DNA of 64,000 nt from contig AP026679.1 in NCBI GenBank assembly GCA_025999155.1, positions 602,561 to 666,560 on the forward strand. Reading direction: 5' to 3'. Positions 41,326-50,166 of the stretch are shown here, in pieces. This DNA comes from Candidatus Dojkabacteria bacterium. GTDB lineage: Bacteria; Patescibacteriota; Dojkabacteria; JAOAGR01. Below the pieces are notes generated by a model, which saw only the letters and a list, made by a program, of their open reading frames with translations, made no database searches and was not told the DNA's origin. How positions within the stretch are numbered: the stretch's first letter is position 1; each line of letters begins with the position of its first letter. Position numbers and translations under genes: made by a program.

Positions 41326-41769
41326 GTGCTTGCTACCAAAAAAGTCCTAAAAGTCAATAAGCATGCAATGCATAAATATGCTTCTGAATATATATTCACT
41401 GCAGGAGTAGTGCTAAAAGGCAGTGATGTGCGTGACTTCAAACATTATGACTTTGAAATTCGCGATGCTGTGGTCAATATTGTAGATTATGAAGTGTTTG
41501 TCGAGAATTTGATATTAAAATCTCATGGTACATTACCGCAATGTCGTAAATTACTGTTACAATCAAACGAGATAAATAGAATAATGCAGCTTTTTTCTAA
41601 TAAACGAAATAAGGGCTTTGTTCGCAGAGTGTTTATATCAGATAAGAATCTTATTAAATTAGAAATAGGCATTGGTAAAGTTAGGCGCAAAGTGGAGAAG
41701 AAATCTGCAGAAAAGCGAGCTACTCAGAAGCGTGAGTTAGAAAAAACACTTAAAGAGCTATATATTTGA
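41326..41769 (+). CDS. smpB: SsrA-binding protein, divergent
   Basis: NK.A.H.Y, AGVVL.G.DV, RKLLL...EI, KLEIG.GK, basic helical tail. Confidence 0.75.
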   Translation: MLATKKVLKVNKHAMHKYASEYIFTAGVVLKGSDVRDFKHYDFEIRDAVVNIVDYEVFVENLILKSHGTLPQCRKLLLQSNEINRIMQLFSNKRNKGFVRRVFISDKNLIKLEIGIGKVRRKVEKKSAEKRATQKRELEKTLKELYI

Positions 41770-41781
41770 TATTACTACATT

Positions 41782-42183
41782 ATGCAACCAGATAATATAG
41801 AAGGTTTTAACCCAGCGGGAGGCCATATCAATGAAATAAACCCTAATTTACAGCCGGATTTGCAACAGCGACGGTATTATCAGGCAGAATATGGCGATAC
41901 TTTTAATTCAGTAGGCAGTAGTACTCAACAAAGCAATAATGGTGTGTTACAAGGTGTACGAGGTCAGATTCAAACTAATGTCTCACAAGGTCAATTGACT
42001 ACAAGCAAACCTGTCGATCCTGTAAAAATTATCGGTGATATGATTTCTGCTGGCTTCAAACCTACGGCCTACCAGATCAGTCAAGCTCAAAATTATGTCA
42101 ATGGTTCATCTGATACGGTTAAAACATGGTTTGCTGTGTTACTTATGAAGATGTTACGACAATTACGTAAGCGTAGATCGTAA
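41782..42183 (+). CDS. Hypothetical protein
   Basis: Clean ORF in an operon-like run; Q/N-rich N-terminus, amphipathic C-terminal helix. Confidence 0.6.
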   Translation: MQPDNIEGFNPAGGHINEINPNLQPDLQQRRYYQAEYGDTFNSVGSSTQQSNNGVLQGVRGQIQTNVSQGQLTTSKPVDPVKIIGDMISAGFKPTAYQISQAQNYVNGSSDTVKTWFAVLLMKMLRQLRKRRS

Positions 42184-42201
42184 GCACATGTTATTAGCCA
42201 C

Positions 42202-42804
42202 ATGAGTGATGATTATACCCCAAAATTAGATAAGGTTGGTGAGTTTGGGTACGGTAAAACGACTATATGTCTCATCTCAACATTAGGATTATCTGCAACA
42301 GTAGACTTTCCGAGAATAGATTCAAAACATCACAAACTATTTACTTATATATTAGATTTTAAAGATAAGATAACAGTATTAGAGGGTAAATTGATTAATA
42401 CTGTTAATTATCTGAGTTTTGCTGGTACTATTGTTTGTGATTATCCTGCTTTTATCTTACTTATGCATTTATCTACAAGTTTAATCTCGTTTCAAAAAGG
42501 TTTGGATCAAATCATTTTATTTAATCCAAAGATACATAAAAATAAGTTCTTAAGTGGCATGGTGCGATACCGATTAATTAACCTAATTAATCAAAACATA
42601 TATGTTAATATACGAGACATAGAAGCGTATATCTTACAATATCCACCCGATATAAAGGTGAGGAAATCCGATGTCATTGGATTAGAAAGTCGGGATAGCG
42701 CTGTTAAATTTGCTACATTACTCGAAAATTCCAAAGTTCATTTCGCTTTTGATTATAATGATGCCTTAGATATTCTGGAACAAGTTTTGAATGGAAATGC
42801 TTAA
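42202..42804 (+). CDS. Hypothetical protein
   Basis: 200-aa ORF tightly packed between neighbours; no recognised motif. Confidence 0.6.
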   Translation: MSDDYTPKLDKVGEFGYGKTTICLISTLGLSATVDFPRIDSKHHKLFTYILDFKDKITVLEGKLINTVNYLSFAGTIVCDYPAFILLMHLSTSLISFQKGLDQIILFNPKIHKNKFLSGMVRYRLINLINQNIYVNIRDIEAYILQYPPDIKVRKSDVIGLESRDSAVKFATLLENSKVHFAFDYNDALDILEQVLNGNA

Positions 42805-43363
42805 TATTCGTGTTATCAAAAAATTCTTGAATACACAGGGACAGGTAAGTTGCGTAGCCTTATTATTGAGTATTGTAACTTTTTTGTCGGTAATAGTAGC
42901 GTCTTTTGTTACTGAGCAAATAAGCACATTCATTAATGAAGCTGCGGCCGGTTCGGATGATTTTTATATCGCTGTTAAAGTGATTGATGGTGATACAATA
43001 GAAGTTGAAAATAATGGTCAACGTCTAAAGATTCGTTATATCGGAGTCGATACTCCTGAGTCTGTCAAACCAGATTCTCCAGTGGAATGTTACGGTCAAG
43101 AAGCTAAGGAGTTCAATAAGAGTTTGGTTTTAGGTAAAAAAATAAGAGTAGAATCCGACGTTACAGATACAGATAAATATGGTCGTAAATTAAGATATGT
43201 TTATTTAGAGGATGGACGTATGGTTAATGAAATACTGCTAGAAGAAGGATATGCTCGTTTATTAACTATACCGCCAAATGTGAAATATGTTGACAAGCTC
43301 AGAGAAGCAGAAAAGAAAGCTCGGGAAAATGAACGGGGTCTCTGGGTAAAGTGCAGTCAATGA
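42791..43363 (+). CDS. Membrane-anchored thermonuclease (SNase)
   Basis: VIDGDTI, IRYIGVDTPE, DKYGR.LRYVY, AR...RGLW. Confidence 0.92.
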   Translation: MEMLNIRVIKKFLNTQGQVSCVALLLSIVTFLSVIVASFVTEQISTFINEAAAGSDDFYIAVKVIDGDTIEVENNGQRLKIRYIGVDTPESVKPDSPVECYGQEAKEFNKSLVLGKKIRVESDVTDTDKYGRKLRYVYLEDGRMVNEILLEEGYARLLTIPPNVKYVDKLREAEKKARENERGLWVKCSQ

Positions 43364-43409
43364 TTGACACTATAATGAATTTATATCACTATATTATGAA
43401 GGTTTTAAA

Positions 43410-44615
43410 ATGTTTCACTTTAATAAGACAGAGAACCACAATAAAAGATATTTGTGTCTTGATATTGGTACGGAATATTTAAAAGTCATAGTTTATAGAA
43501 TAGTTGATGAAAATCTTGAGGTTTTAGAATATTTGAGAGCACGCCAGCATAATACAGCCATGAAGAATGGTACTGTGACTAGTATTCGTCGTGTGATTGA
43601 GACTGTGCGTGACACCATTCGGAACTTACAAACAAAGAAATTTGAAGGAGCGATAATGGGTATTGCAGGGGAACTTGTTAAAGGTGTTATGGTTGAGGCA
43701 AGATATACTCGGAATAATCCTAGTCAAGCAATCGATAATGATGAGATAGATCTTATTGCTGGGAAGATTTTGCCAGAAGCTTATAAGGAAGCCCAAAAGC
43801 TTGTATTCAATCAGGTAGGGGATACTACAGGAGAATTAAAAAATCTAGAAATGCTTAATTACATTATAGTGGATGCAGAAATAGATAGTTTTCGGGTTGA
43901 AGACCCTATTGGAATGACTGGCGTAGAAGCAAAGATTAAGTTTTATTGTACTTTTGCTCCTGTGTTGCATGTTAACTACTTAAGAAGTATCACTGATTCG
44001 ATCGGTGTGAGGTTAATTGCTATTACTCCACAGCCTTTTGCAATCGCTAGAGCTATTAATGGGGCTAGAAGTTCTTCTTTTTCCGGTATTATTATAGATA
44101 TTGGTGGAGGTACGACTGATATAGCAGTCATTCAGAATGGGGTTGTCGTGGGTACTCATATGGTTGCTTTTGGTAGTCGTGTTTTTACAAAAAGAATTGC
44201 GGCAGATTTAAATTTGACATTAAATGAAGCAGAAGAATTTAAAATAAAGTATTCGAAAAATGAGTTAGCTCAAGGTCGCGTTCAAGAAGTAAAAAATGCA
44301 TTGATGAAAGATGTTCCGTTTTGGACTACTCAAGTAGCGATTGGGTTAGAGGAATTTTTGCCACTAGTCTCTGGTTTTCCTCACCAAATTTATTTGTGCG
44401 GGGGAGGAAGTTTGTTACCGGAAATCAAAACAAGTCTGATAGAGTTTCCTTGGACTAAAGAACTTCCATTCAATAGATCGCCGAAGATAAATTTTCTTTA
44501 TCCCTCTGACTTATATGGTATTATAGATCCAAATAATTTATTAACTTCGGTAGAAGATGTGACACCTGTGAGCATTGCACGATTCACATTAGAGTTAGAC
44601 AAAATTAATAAATAG
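43410..44615 (+). CDS. FtsA-like actin-fold ATPase
   Basis: LDIGTE.LK, IIDIGGGTTDI, AEEFK, CGGGS.L; no adjacent ftsZ. Confidence 0.8.
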   Translation: MFHFNKTENHNKRYLCLDIGTEYLKVIVYRIVDENLEVLEYLRARQHNTAMKNGTVTSIRRVIETVRDTIRNLQTKKFEGAIMGIAGELVKGVMVEARYTRNNPSQAIDNDEIDLIAGKILPEAYKEAQKLVFNQVGDTTGELKNLEMLNYIIVDAEIDSFRVEDPIGMTGVEAKIKFYCTFAPVLHVNYLRSITDSIGVRLIAITPQPFAIARAINGARSSSFSGIIIDIGGGTTDIAVIQNGVVVGTHMVAFGSRVFTKRIAADLNLTLNEAEEFKIKYSKNELAQGRVQEVKNALMKDVPFWTTQVAIGLEEFLPLVSGFPHQIYLCGGGSLLPEIKTSLIEFPWTKELPFNRSPKINFLYPSDLYGIIDPNNLLTSVEDVTPVSIARFTLELDKINK

Positions 44616-44620
44616 GGTAT

Positions 44621-45406
44621 ATGGACTCTGCAAAGATATTTATAGATACAGATAATGAAATAACTTTTATAATCGAAAAGATTTTAAATGCTAAATCTGA
44701 ACGTGTGTGCCTGGTTGTACCAGATCGGGCATCTATTTTTACCTCTATATCTACTCTTAAGCTATTAAAGAGAGTTATTGATAAATCGAATAAATTATTA
44801 ATTTTAGTCACCTTAGATGATAATGGAGTAAAATTGGCTCAAAGGGTTGGTTTTGTCGTCGTAAGAAGGCTAGGGGAAGTGAATGGTGAATCATGGGAAA
44901 AAGTACAAAAACAGAAATTTGAGTTACTAAAGAAAAATAAAAGTAAAATCTATTATACACCTGAGATTCCTGAGTTGGATACTTCTGCAACCGATGAAAA
45001 TACAGAGGATAATAGTGAAAAAGCAAATGTTTCAATCTCCGATATCGAAAGCTCTGATTTAGTTGGTCTGGATTATACCGCAGCAGATACAACAATCGCC
45101 TCGGGTACACCTCAATTGACTATTGATTTGCCCAGCAATGATTTGCGTAGACCAGTAGTAGAACAGGTGACTACAAAAAGTATTAATGAAGAACGAACGA
45201 AAAGTCAAGGAGACAATAATGAGAACACCGATAAAATATTCTCATTCATGCTGTCACACGAACAGATTTCAGGTAACACACAGCCTCAAACACTATCTCA
45301 AGGCCCTCATACACCACCTAAAAGGAGACGTAAATCAAAACATAAAACGAATAATTTAGAATTTTTTGAGGGAAAGGATTTACTAAAAAACGCTAGAGAT
45401 ATATAG
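44621..45406 (+). CDS. Hypothetical protein; N-terminus typical of CPR baseplate-J-associated proteins, then disordered region
   Basis: D.EIT.II..I......V.LVVP.RA.IF.S...LKLLKR......K..ILVT.D. Confidence 0.55.
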   Translation: MDSAKIFIDTDNEITFIIEKILNAKSERVCLVVPDRASIFTSISTLKLLKRVIDKSNKLLILVTLDDNGVKLAQRVGFVVVRRLGEVNGESWEKVQKQKFELLKKNKSKIYYTPEIPELDTSATDENTEDNSEKANVSISDIESSDLVGLDYTAADTTIASGTPQLTIDLPSNDLRRPVVEQVTTKSINEERTKSQGDNNENTDKIFSFMLSHEQISGNTQPQTLSQGPHTPPKRRRKSKHKTNNLEFFEGKDLLKNARDI

Positions 45407-45432
45407 TAAATCAGTATTTATTTGATATTCGT

Positions 45433-46875
45433 GTGATGATGAACAATGAGCGAGCGTCTTTATCCAGATTTTTAAAATCATCTTCTACACGTCTCAGATC
45501 TGCCAGACCGATAAAATCAAGACGCACAGCTGATTTTTTATCGATGTCTCACAATCAGGGTAGTTTATTTATAAGAAGAAGAGTCGCGTTGGAAAGACGA
45601 AGTTTGCTCTCCAGAATCAAAAGTATTTTTAGTACATCAAATAGAACTTTACCACAAAGAAGAACGTTTTCAGGCACTATATCGAGTAGTAAATCAAACT
45701 CATCACATGACTCATTTAAGTTACATGGTAAAAAAAGGTTATTTTTTTATCTGTCAGCTATTTTCGGTGTGCCGATTTTATTGATAATAATTGCTGTTTA
45801 TGTATTTATAGATAATTCGGTTTTATACGCCGTTACGTTACGATATAAGTATCAAAATCTACTGCTTGAAAGGCAAATCCAAATACAAGAGGATTCACCA
45901 TTAAATCTCAAGATTATGAAATTGACTACTGAAGATGGTGTAACAGTATCCAATTCTACGACAGGTCAGAAAATAGTAGGCGAAAAGGCTTCAGGGTATA
46001 TTTCAGTGTTCAATTCCACTGCAGAAATAAAAGTAATTTCAAAAGGTACGGAAGTACTGTGTATCTCGCCATCGTGTAATGGTCTTGTATATATTGCTAA
46101 TTCTGATTTAAATCTTGGCCCTGGAAGTTCCTCAGGAGATTTACAAATTGTAGCATCTGATATTGGAGAAAACTATAATGTTAATGTAAATGCAGGACGT
46201 TTTAAAGTTGGCAATTTCGATCCTAATCTCGAAATTATAGCAGCTAATGTAAGACCAATCACAGGAGGCACCCCGAAAAAAACCGTCAATATTGTCTCTG
46301 CAGATGATATAAAGGCTTTAGAGGAAAAAGCCCTCAATTATCTCAAGGGTACCATTCTTCTCAAACTCACAACAGATCCTAATCATGTGAATAAATATTT
46401 ATTTTCAGAAAATAGCCTGAAAATAGAAAAAATTAGTGTTCAGGGAGATCAAGAAGGTCAAGAAGCTGATGTGGTGAATCTAACGGTAAGGGCTAAAGGG
46501 ACCATAGATGCTATTCCTAAGGACAGTATTAACAATATTGTGGAGGAAATGAAAGCTTCTATGGTCCCTGATGGATATTATTTAGATGAAAAGACATTTA
46601 AGCATAACTTATCTGTTGCAAGTACAGATAACGATTTCATTATAACTATTACTGCGACAGGTATAGGACGAGTTAATCTTAATATAGATGAGTTAAAATC
46701 AAAATTGGCGAATCAAAGTTTGCATGAAGCGGAGAAGATTATTATATCAATCCCTAATATTCATGGTGTAAGTATTTCGTATGTACCAGATTATATTCCT
46801 GAGTTTTTCAGAAAAGTTCCTAGTAACCCAAATAAAATACAAATTCGCTTAATAGCTGAAGATCCTGAGTCATGA
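45433..46875 (+). CDS. Membrane-anchored baseplate-J/gp47-like domain protein
   Basis: Basic N-terminus, one TM, TG.K.VGEKASG.I..FN, A.DIGE.YN, TGG....V..V...DI. Confidence 0.6.
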   Translation: MMMNNERASLSRFLKSSSTRLRSARPIKSRRTADFLSMSHNQGSLFIRRRVALERRSLLSRIKSIFSTSNRTLPQRRTFSGTISSSKSNSSHDSFKLHGKKRLFFYLSAIFGVPILLIIIAVYVFIDNSVLYAVTLRYKYQNLLLERQIQIQEDSPLNLKIMKLTTEDGVTVSNSTTGQKIVGEKASGYISVFNSTAEIKVISKGTEVLCISPSCNGLVYIANSDLNLGPGSSSGDLQIVASDIGENYNVNVNAGRFKVGNFDPNLEIIAANVRPITGGTPKKTVNIVSADDIKALEEKALNYLKGTILLKLTTDPNHVNKYLFSENSLKIEKISVQGDQEGQEADVVNLTVRAKGTIDAIPKDSINNIVEEMKASMVPDGYYLDEKTFKHNLSVASTDNDFIITITATGIGRVNLNIDELKSKLANQSLHEAEKIIISIPNIHGVSISYVPDYIPEFFRKVPSNPNKIQIRLIAEDPES

Positions 46876-46939
46876 CTCTAGTTAGTTCGGTTATACTTTC
46901 AATCGCTCAGAAAATATGTAAAATAGATAGATTAAAGTT

Positions 46940-47617
46940 GTGTTAACTTTTCAACAAGTAACAAAAAAGTACTCAAACGGACGTGTAGCTTTAGATAATG
47001 TTTCGTTTCATATCGATGAAGGTGAGTTTGTGTTTTTGGTAGGTTCGTCGGGTGCGGGGAAGTCAACAGCTATAAGATTGATAATCAGACAAGAGACACC
47101 TACGAGTGGTGATATTTTATTTGAAGGTATTAAAGTAAATAAGCTTAAAGGAGATAAACTGGCACGTTATCGCAGAGATATCGGGATTGTGTTTCAGGAT
47201 TTTAAGTTATTAAGTGCACGCACGGTTGCTGAAAACGTAGCGTTTGTACTCGAAGTCAGCGGCAAGCCTTATTCATTTATTAAAAAAGCGGTCGACTATA
47301 TTCTAGACTTAGTAGGATTATCTGACAAAAGAAATGCATTTCCTGCTACTTTATCTGGCGGAGAGCAACAGAGAGTGGCTATTGCTAGAGCTATTGTAAC
47401 TGAGCCCAAAATGCTTATTGCGGATGAACCGACAGGCAATCTTGATCGCAGCAATGCATGGGATATAATTCAGCTTTTCAATAAAATCAACAATTGGGGA
47501 ACAACAGTAGTTATAGCTACACATGATACTGAAATAGTTGATTCACTAAATAAAAGAGTAATCAGATTTGAAAACGGGCGGTTAGTTCGAGATAATGTAG
47601 GAGGGTATCACTTTTAA
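46940..47617 (+). CDS. ftsE: Cell division ATP-binding protein FtsE
   Basis: GSSGAGKST, IGIVFQDFKLL, LSGGEQQRVAIARA, ADEPTGNLD. Confidence 0.93.
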   Translation: MLTFQQVTKKYSNGRVALDNVSFHIDEGEFVFLVGSSGAGKSTAIRLIIRQETPTSGDILFEGIKVNKLKGDKLARYRRDIGIVFQDFKLLSARTVAENVAFVLEVSGKPYSFIKKAVDYILDLVGLSDKRNAFPATLSGGEQQRVAIARAIVTEPKMLIADEPTGNLDRSNAWDIIQLFNKINNWGTTVVIATHDTEIVDSLNKRVIRFENGRLVRDNVGGYHF

Positions 47618-47621
47618 AGCT

Positions 47622-48572
47622 ATGAGAAAATTTTTTCGTGCCGTAAAAATTGCTTTTCAATATATCTACCGTAACTGGGGGCTGAGTGTAGCTTCTACGC
47701 TTGTTATGACTTTATCTTTTTTGATAGTTTCGGTTTTCGGAATAGCTTTTTATGGATCTACTTTATTAGTCCAGTATGTGGATTCTAAACCTGCTCTAAC
47801 TATCTTTTTACGTGGAGATCTGAGTGATGAACAAAGAGTGAAGTTTGAACAATTGGTGACCCAGACTGGTCTGGTGCGTGAAGTTTCTGTAAAGAATCTT
47901 GAATTTACCAAAGAAGATTTTGCAAAAAAATATCCTGACCCCGAATTAATTAAACCGTTAGAAACTGAAGAAGCTAAATCTTTCATGCCGATAATCGCCT
48001 TTATTTATAGTGATTCTCAAGATAAGTTACAAGAGTTAATAAATTATCTCGAGAAAAATGAGGAGTTCATGAAAGATATGATAGATACTAAAAATGTCGA
48101 TAGAGTAGGGTGGTATAGCTTTAGCGAGACTCAAGCCAGCATTATTCGAGAGACAAATCGATTTATTTCCATAGTGGGAACTATAGTGACTATAATGCTG
48201 TTTGTAATATCTTCTATTTTGATCTTTATTACAGTGAAATTAACTATTAACTATCATCGACGTGAAATTGAAATTATGGATTTGGTGGGGGCTGATGGCT
48301 GGTTTATACGATTTCCTTTTGTACTAGGAGGAATTATATATGGGGTGGTCGGTGCTGTTTTGTCTACAACATTAATTATAGTATCTCGTAATTTATTATT
48401 CGAAACATCTCAGTCACTTGTGCCTCGTTTACTTGAATTTTTCGGCGAAGTACCATGGCCAACTATTGATAATTATTTGATAATTGATTTCTATATCTTC
48501 ACCGTAGGAGTAGGTGCATTGATTGGTGCTCTGAGTAGCTTTATTGCAATTTTAAAATATGTTAAAAATTAA
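47622..48572 (+). CDS. ftsX: Cell division permease FtsX
   Basis: RN...S.A, REIEIM.LVGA..WFIR.PF; follows ftsE. Confidence 0.9.
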   Translation: MRKFFRAVKIAFQYIYRNWGLSVASTLVMTLSFLIVSVFGIAFYGSTLLVQYVDSKPALTIFLRGDLSDEQRVKFEQLVTQTGLVREVSVKNLEFTKEDFAKKYPDPELIKPLETEEAKSFMPIIAFIYSDSQDKLQELINYLEKNEEFMKDMIDTKNVDRVGWYSFSETQASIIRETNRFISIVGTIVTIMLFVISSILIFITVKLTINYHRREIEIMDLVGADGWFIRFPFVLGGIIYGVVGAVLSTTLIIVSRNLLFETSQSLVPRLLEFFGEVPWPTIDNYLIIDFYIFTVGVGALIGALSSFIAILKYVKN

Positions 48573-49926
48573 AAATATGACTGCCCAACATCATCGAATC
48601 CAGAGTTTGCTCTATGTGCTCATTGTGTTATTTGCTTTTGTGTGGGTATTTTTGCCGACATCAATACAGGCCCAATCTCAGAATCGATTAAAAGAGATAG
48701 AGGAACGAATAAATGAACTAAAACGTCAAAGGGATGAGATTAATGCACAAATTCAAGCTGCTCAAAACGCACAAGAGTCTCTTGCTCAACAAGCTCAGTT
48801 ATTAGATGCAGAAATTGCACGTTCTGAAATTGCTATTCAATCTTTTCAATTAGAGTTAGATAAATTGAATGTAGAATTAGAAGTTTTGCGTGATGAGCAA
48901 AGAAAATTACAAGAAAGGCTTGATCAAGTAAAAGAAGAGTTGAAAACAGCTGAGACAGAACTAAAAATATCGGTTAACCTACTCTATAAATTGTCAAAAA
49001 ATTCTCTTTCTATCTTAGATAAAGATATGAATTTCAGGGAGGTAGTTATCGGGGAGGAGAAAGAGCGTACTACCTTAAGGTTAATTAAGGCAAAAATCAA
49101 AGAAATTGAAAACTTAAAATCACAAATTGAACAGAAAAAGTCCGAAATTGATGCTAAAGAAAAACAAGCATCAGAACTCAAGGATCAATTAGAAGGTCAA
49201 AAAAACCTTTTAGACTTACAAAAGCAAGCTTTAGCAATACAAAAAGAATATAAACAAAATCTTATCATTAGATACAAACGGTCTCAAGAGGATCTTAGCA
49301 ATAAGAAAAATGCATATGAGAGGCGCATTCGTCAGTCTGAAGAAGAAAAGGCTATGATAGAGGCTGCTTTGCGTAATAGTATAGTTTCTGGTACTCGAGT
49401 CAATGCTGGGGATGTAATAGGTTTTCAAGGGCGGACAGGTTTGTCGTGTAGTAGTCCGATACCAGGAGCTACCCCGTATCCTGATCCAGAAAGCGATCCT
49501 TGTCGTAAAGTACCGTATACTGACGGATTTTATTATTATGATCCTAATACGTATCCTGCTGCAGGCTCACATTTACATTTCGTATATAATGATACGAATG
49601 GCTATCGTGTTAACTTGAATCAGTATTTCCCATACGGAGGACCTATCATAAAACCTCCATTTTTTGACGTTTTACCTATAAGTCGTTTTGTTGTAACACA
49701 GCAATTTTATTCAGGGCATCAAGCAATAGATATGGATGGGGGACATGGGGCACCTGTATATGCAATCAAGAGTGGGGTTATAAGTTATTTTTGTTCTGCT
49801 TATAATCGAAGTGATCCTGTTTTATCAAAAGATCCTGGATTTGGTGCTATCATAATACATGATGATGGTTCAAAGTCCGTTTACTACCACATACAAAGAA
49901 ATCAACCTTGCCCTCAATGGCTATAA
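48559..49926 (+). CDS. Coiled-coil M23/LytM peptidase (EnvC position), circularly permuted M23 domain
   Basis: Signal/TM, long coiled coil, then V.AGDVIG.QG.TG.S...HLHF before HQAID...PVYA...YYH. Confidence 0.8.
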   Translation: MLKIKNMTAQHHRIQSLLYVLIVLFAFVWVFLPTSIQAQSQNRLKEIEERINELKRQRDEINAQIQAAQNAQESLAQQAQLLDAEIARSEIAIQSFQLELDKLNVELEVLRDEQRKLQERLDQVKEELKTAETELKISVNLLYKLSKNSLSILDKDMNFREVVIGEEKERTTLRLIKAKIKEIENLKSQIEQKKSEIDAKEKQASELKDQLEGQKNLLDLQKQALAIQKEYKQNLIIRYKRSQEDLSNKKNAYERRIRQSEEEKAMIEAALRNSIVSGTRVNAGDVIGFQGRTGLSCSSPIPGATPYPDPESDPCRKVPYTDGFYYYDPNTYPAAGSHLHFVYNDTNGYRVNLNQYFPYGGPIIKPPFFDVLPISRFVVTQQFYSGHQAIDMDGGHGAPVYAIKSGVISYFCSAYNRSDPVLSKDPGFGAIIIHDDGSKSVYYHIQRNQPCPQWL

Positions 49927-50061
49927 AGATTAATTTTCCTGGATTTATGTGTTTGGTAATTGTTGTGTAAATAATTAATCATGGTTTCTCAAATTGGTTT
50001 TTATCAATCTGAGATTATATTCTTCTGATGAGATTTAGTTGAGTATTTAGTGTTTGGCGTG

Positions 50062-50138
50062 TGGTGGACCCTAGCGGATTCGAACCGCTCACCTCTTCTA
50101 TGCCATAGAAGCGTTCTAGCCAAATGAACTAAGGGCCC
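50062..50138 (-). tRNA. tRNA-Ala(GGC)
   Basis: Reverse complement GGGCCCT...CTTCT-ATGGCAT-AGAAG...AGGGTCC-ACCA with G3:U70. Confidence 0.96.
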
Positions 50139-50166
50139 TACAAAAAAATTATATCATAATGCTAAC

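Noticed and set aside
45384-45406. Slippery heptamer A-AAA-AAC as a -1 frameshift fusing 44621-45406 with 45433-46875
   Set aside because: The -1 frame meets TAG at 45394 immediately after the site
45433-46875. Prophage or contractile injection system suggested by the baseplate-J-like domain
   Set aside because: No sheath, tube, spike, terminase or integrase genes; the protein has a TM anchor and a housekeeping context
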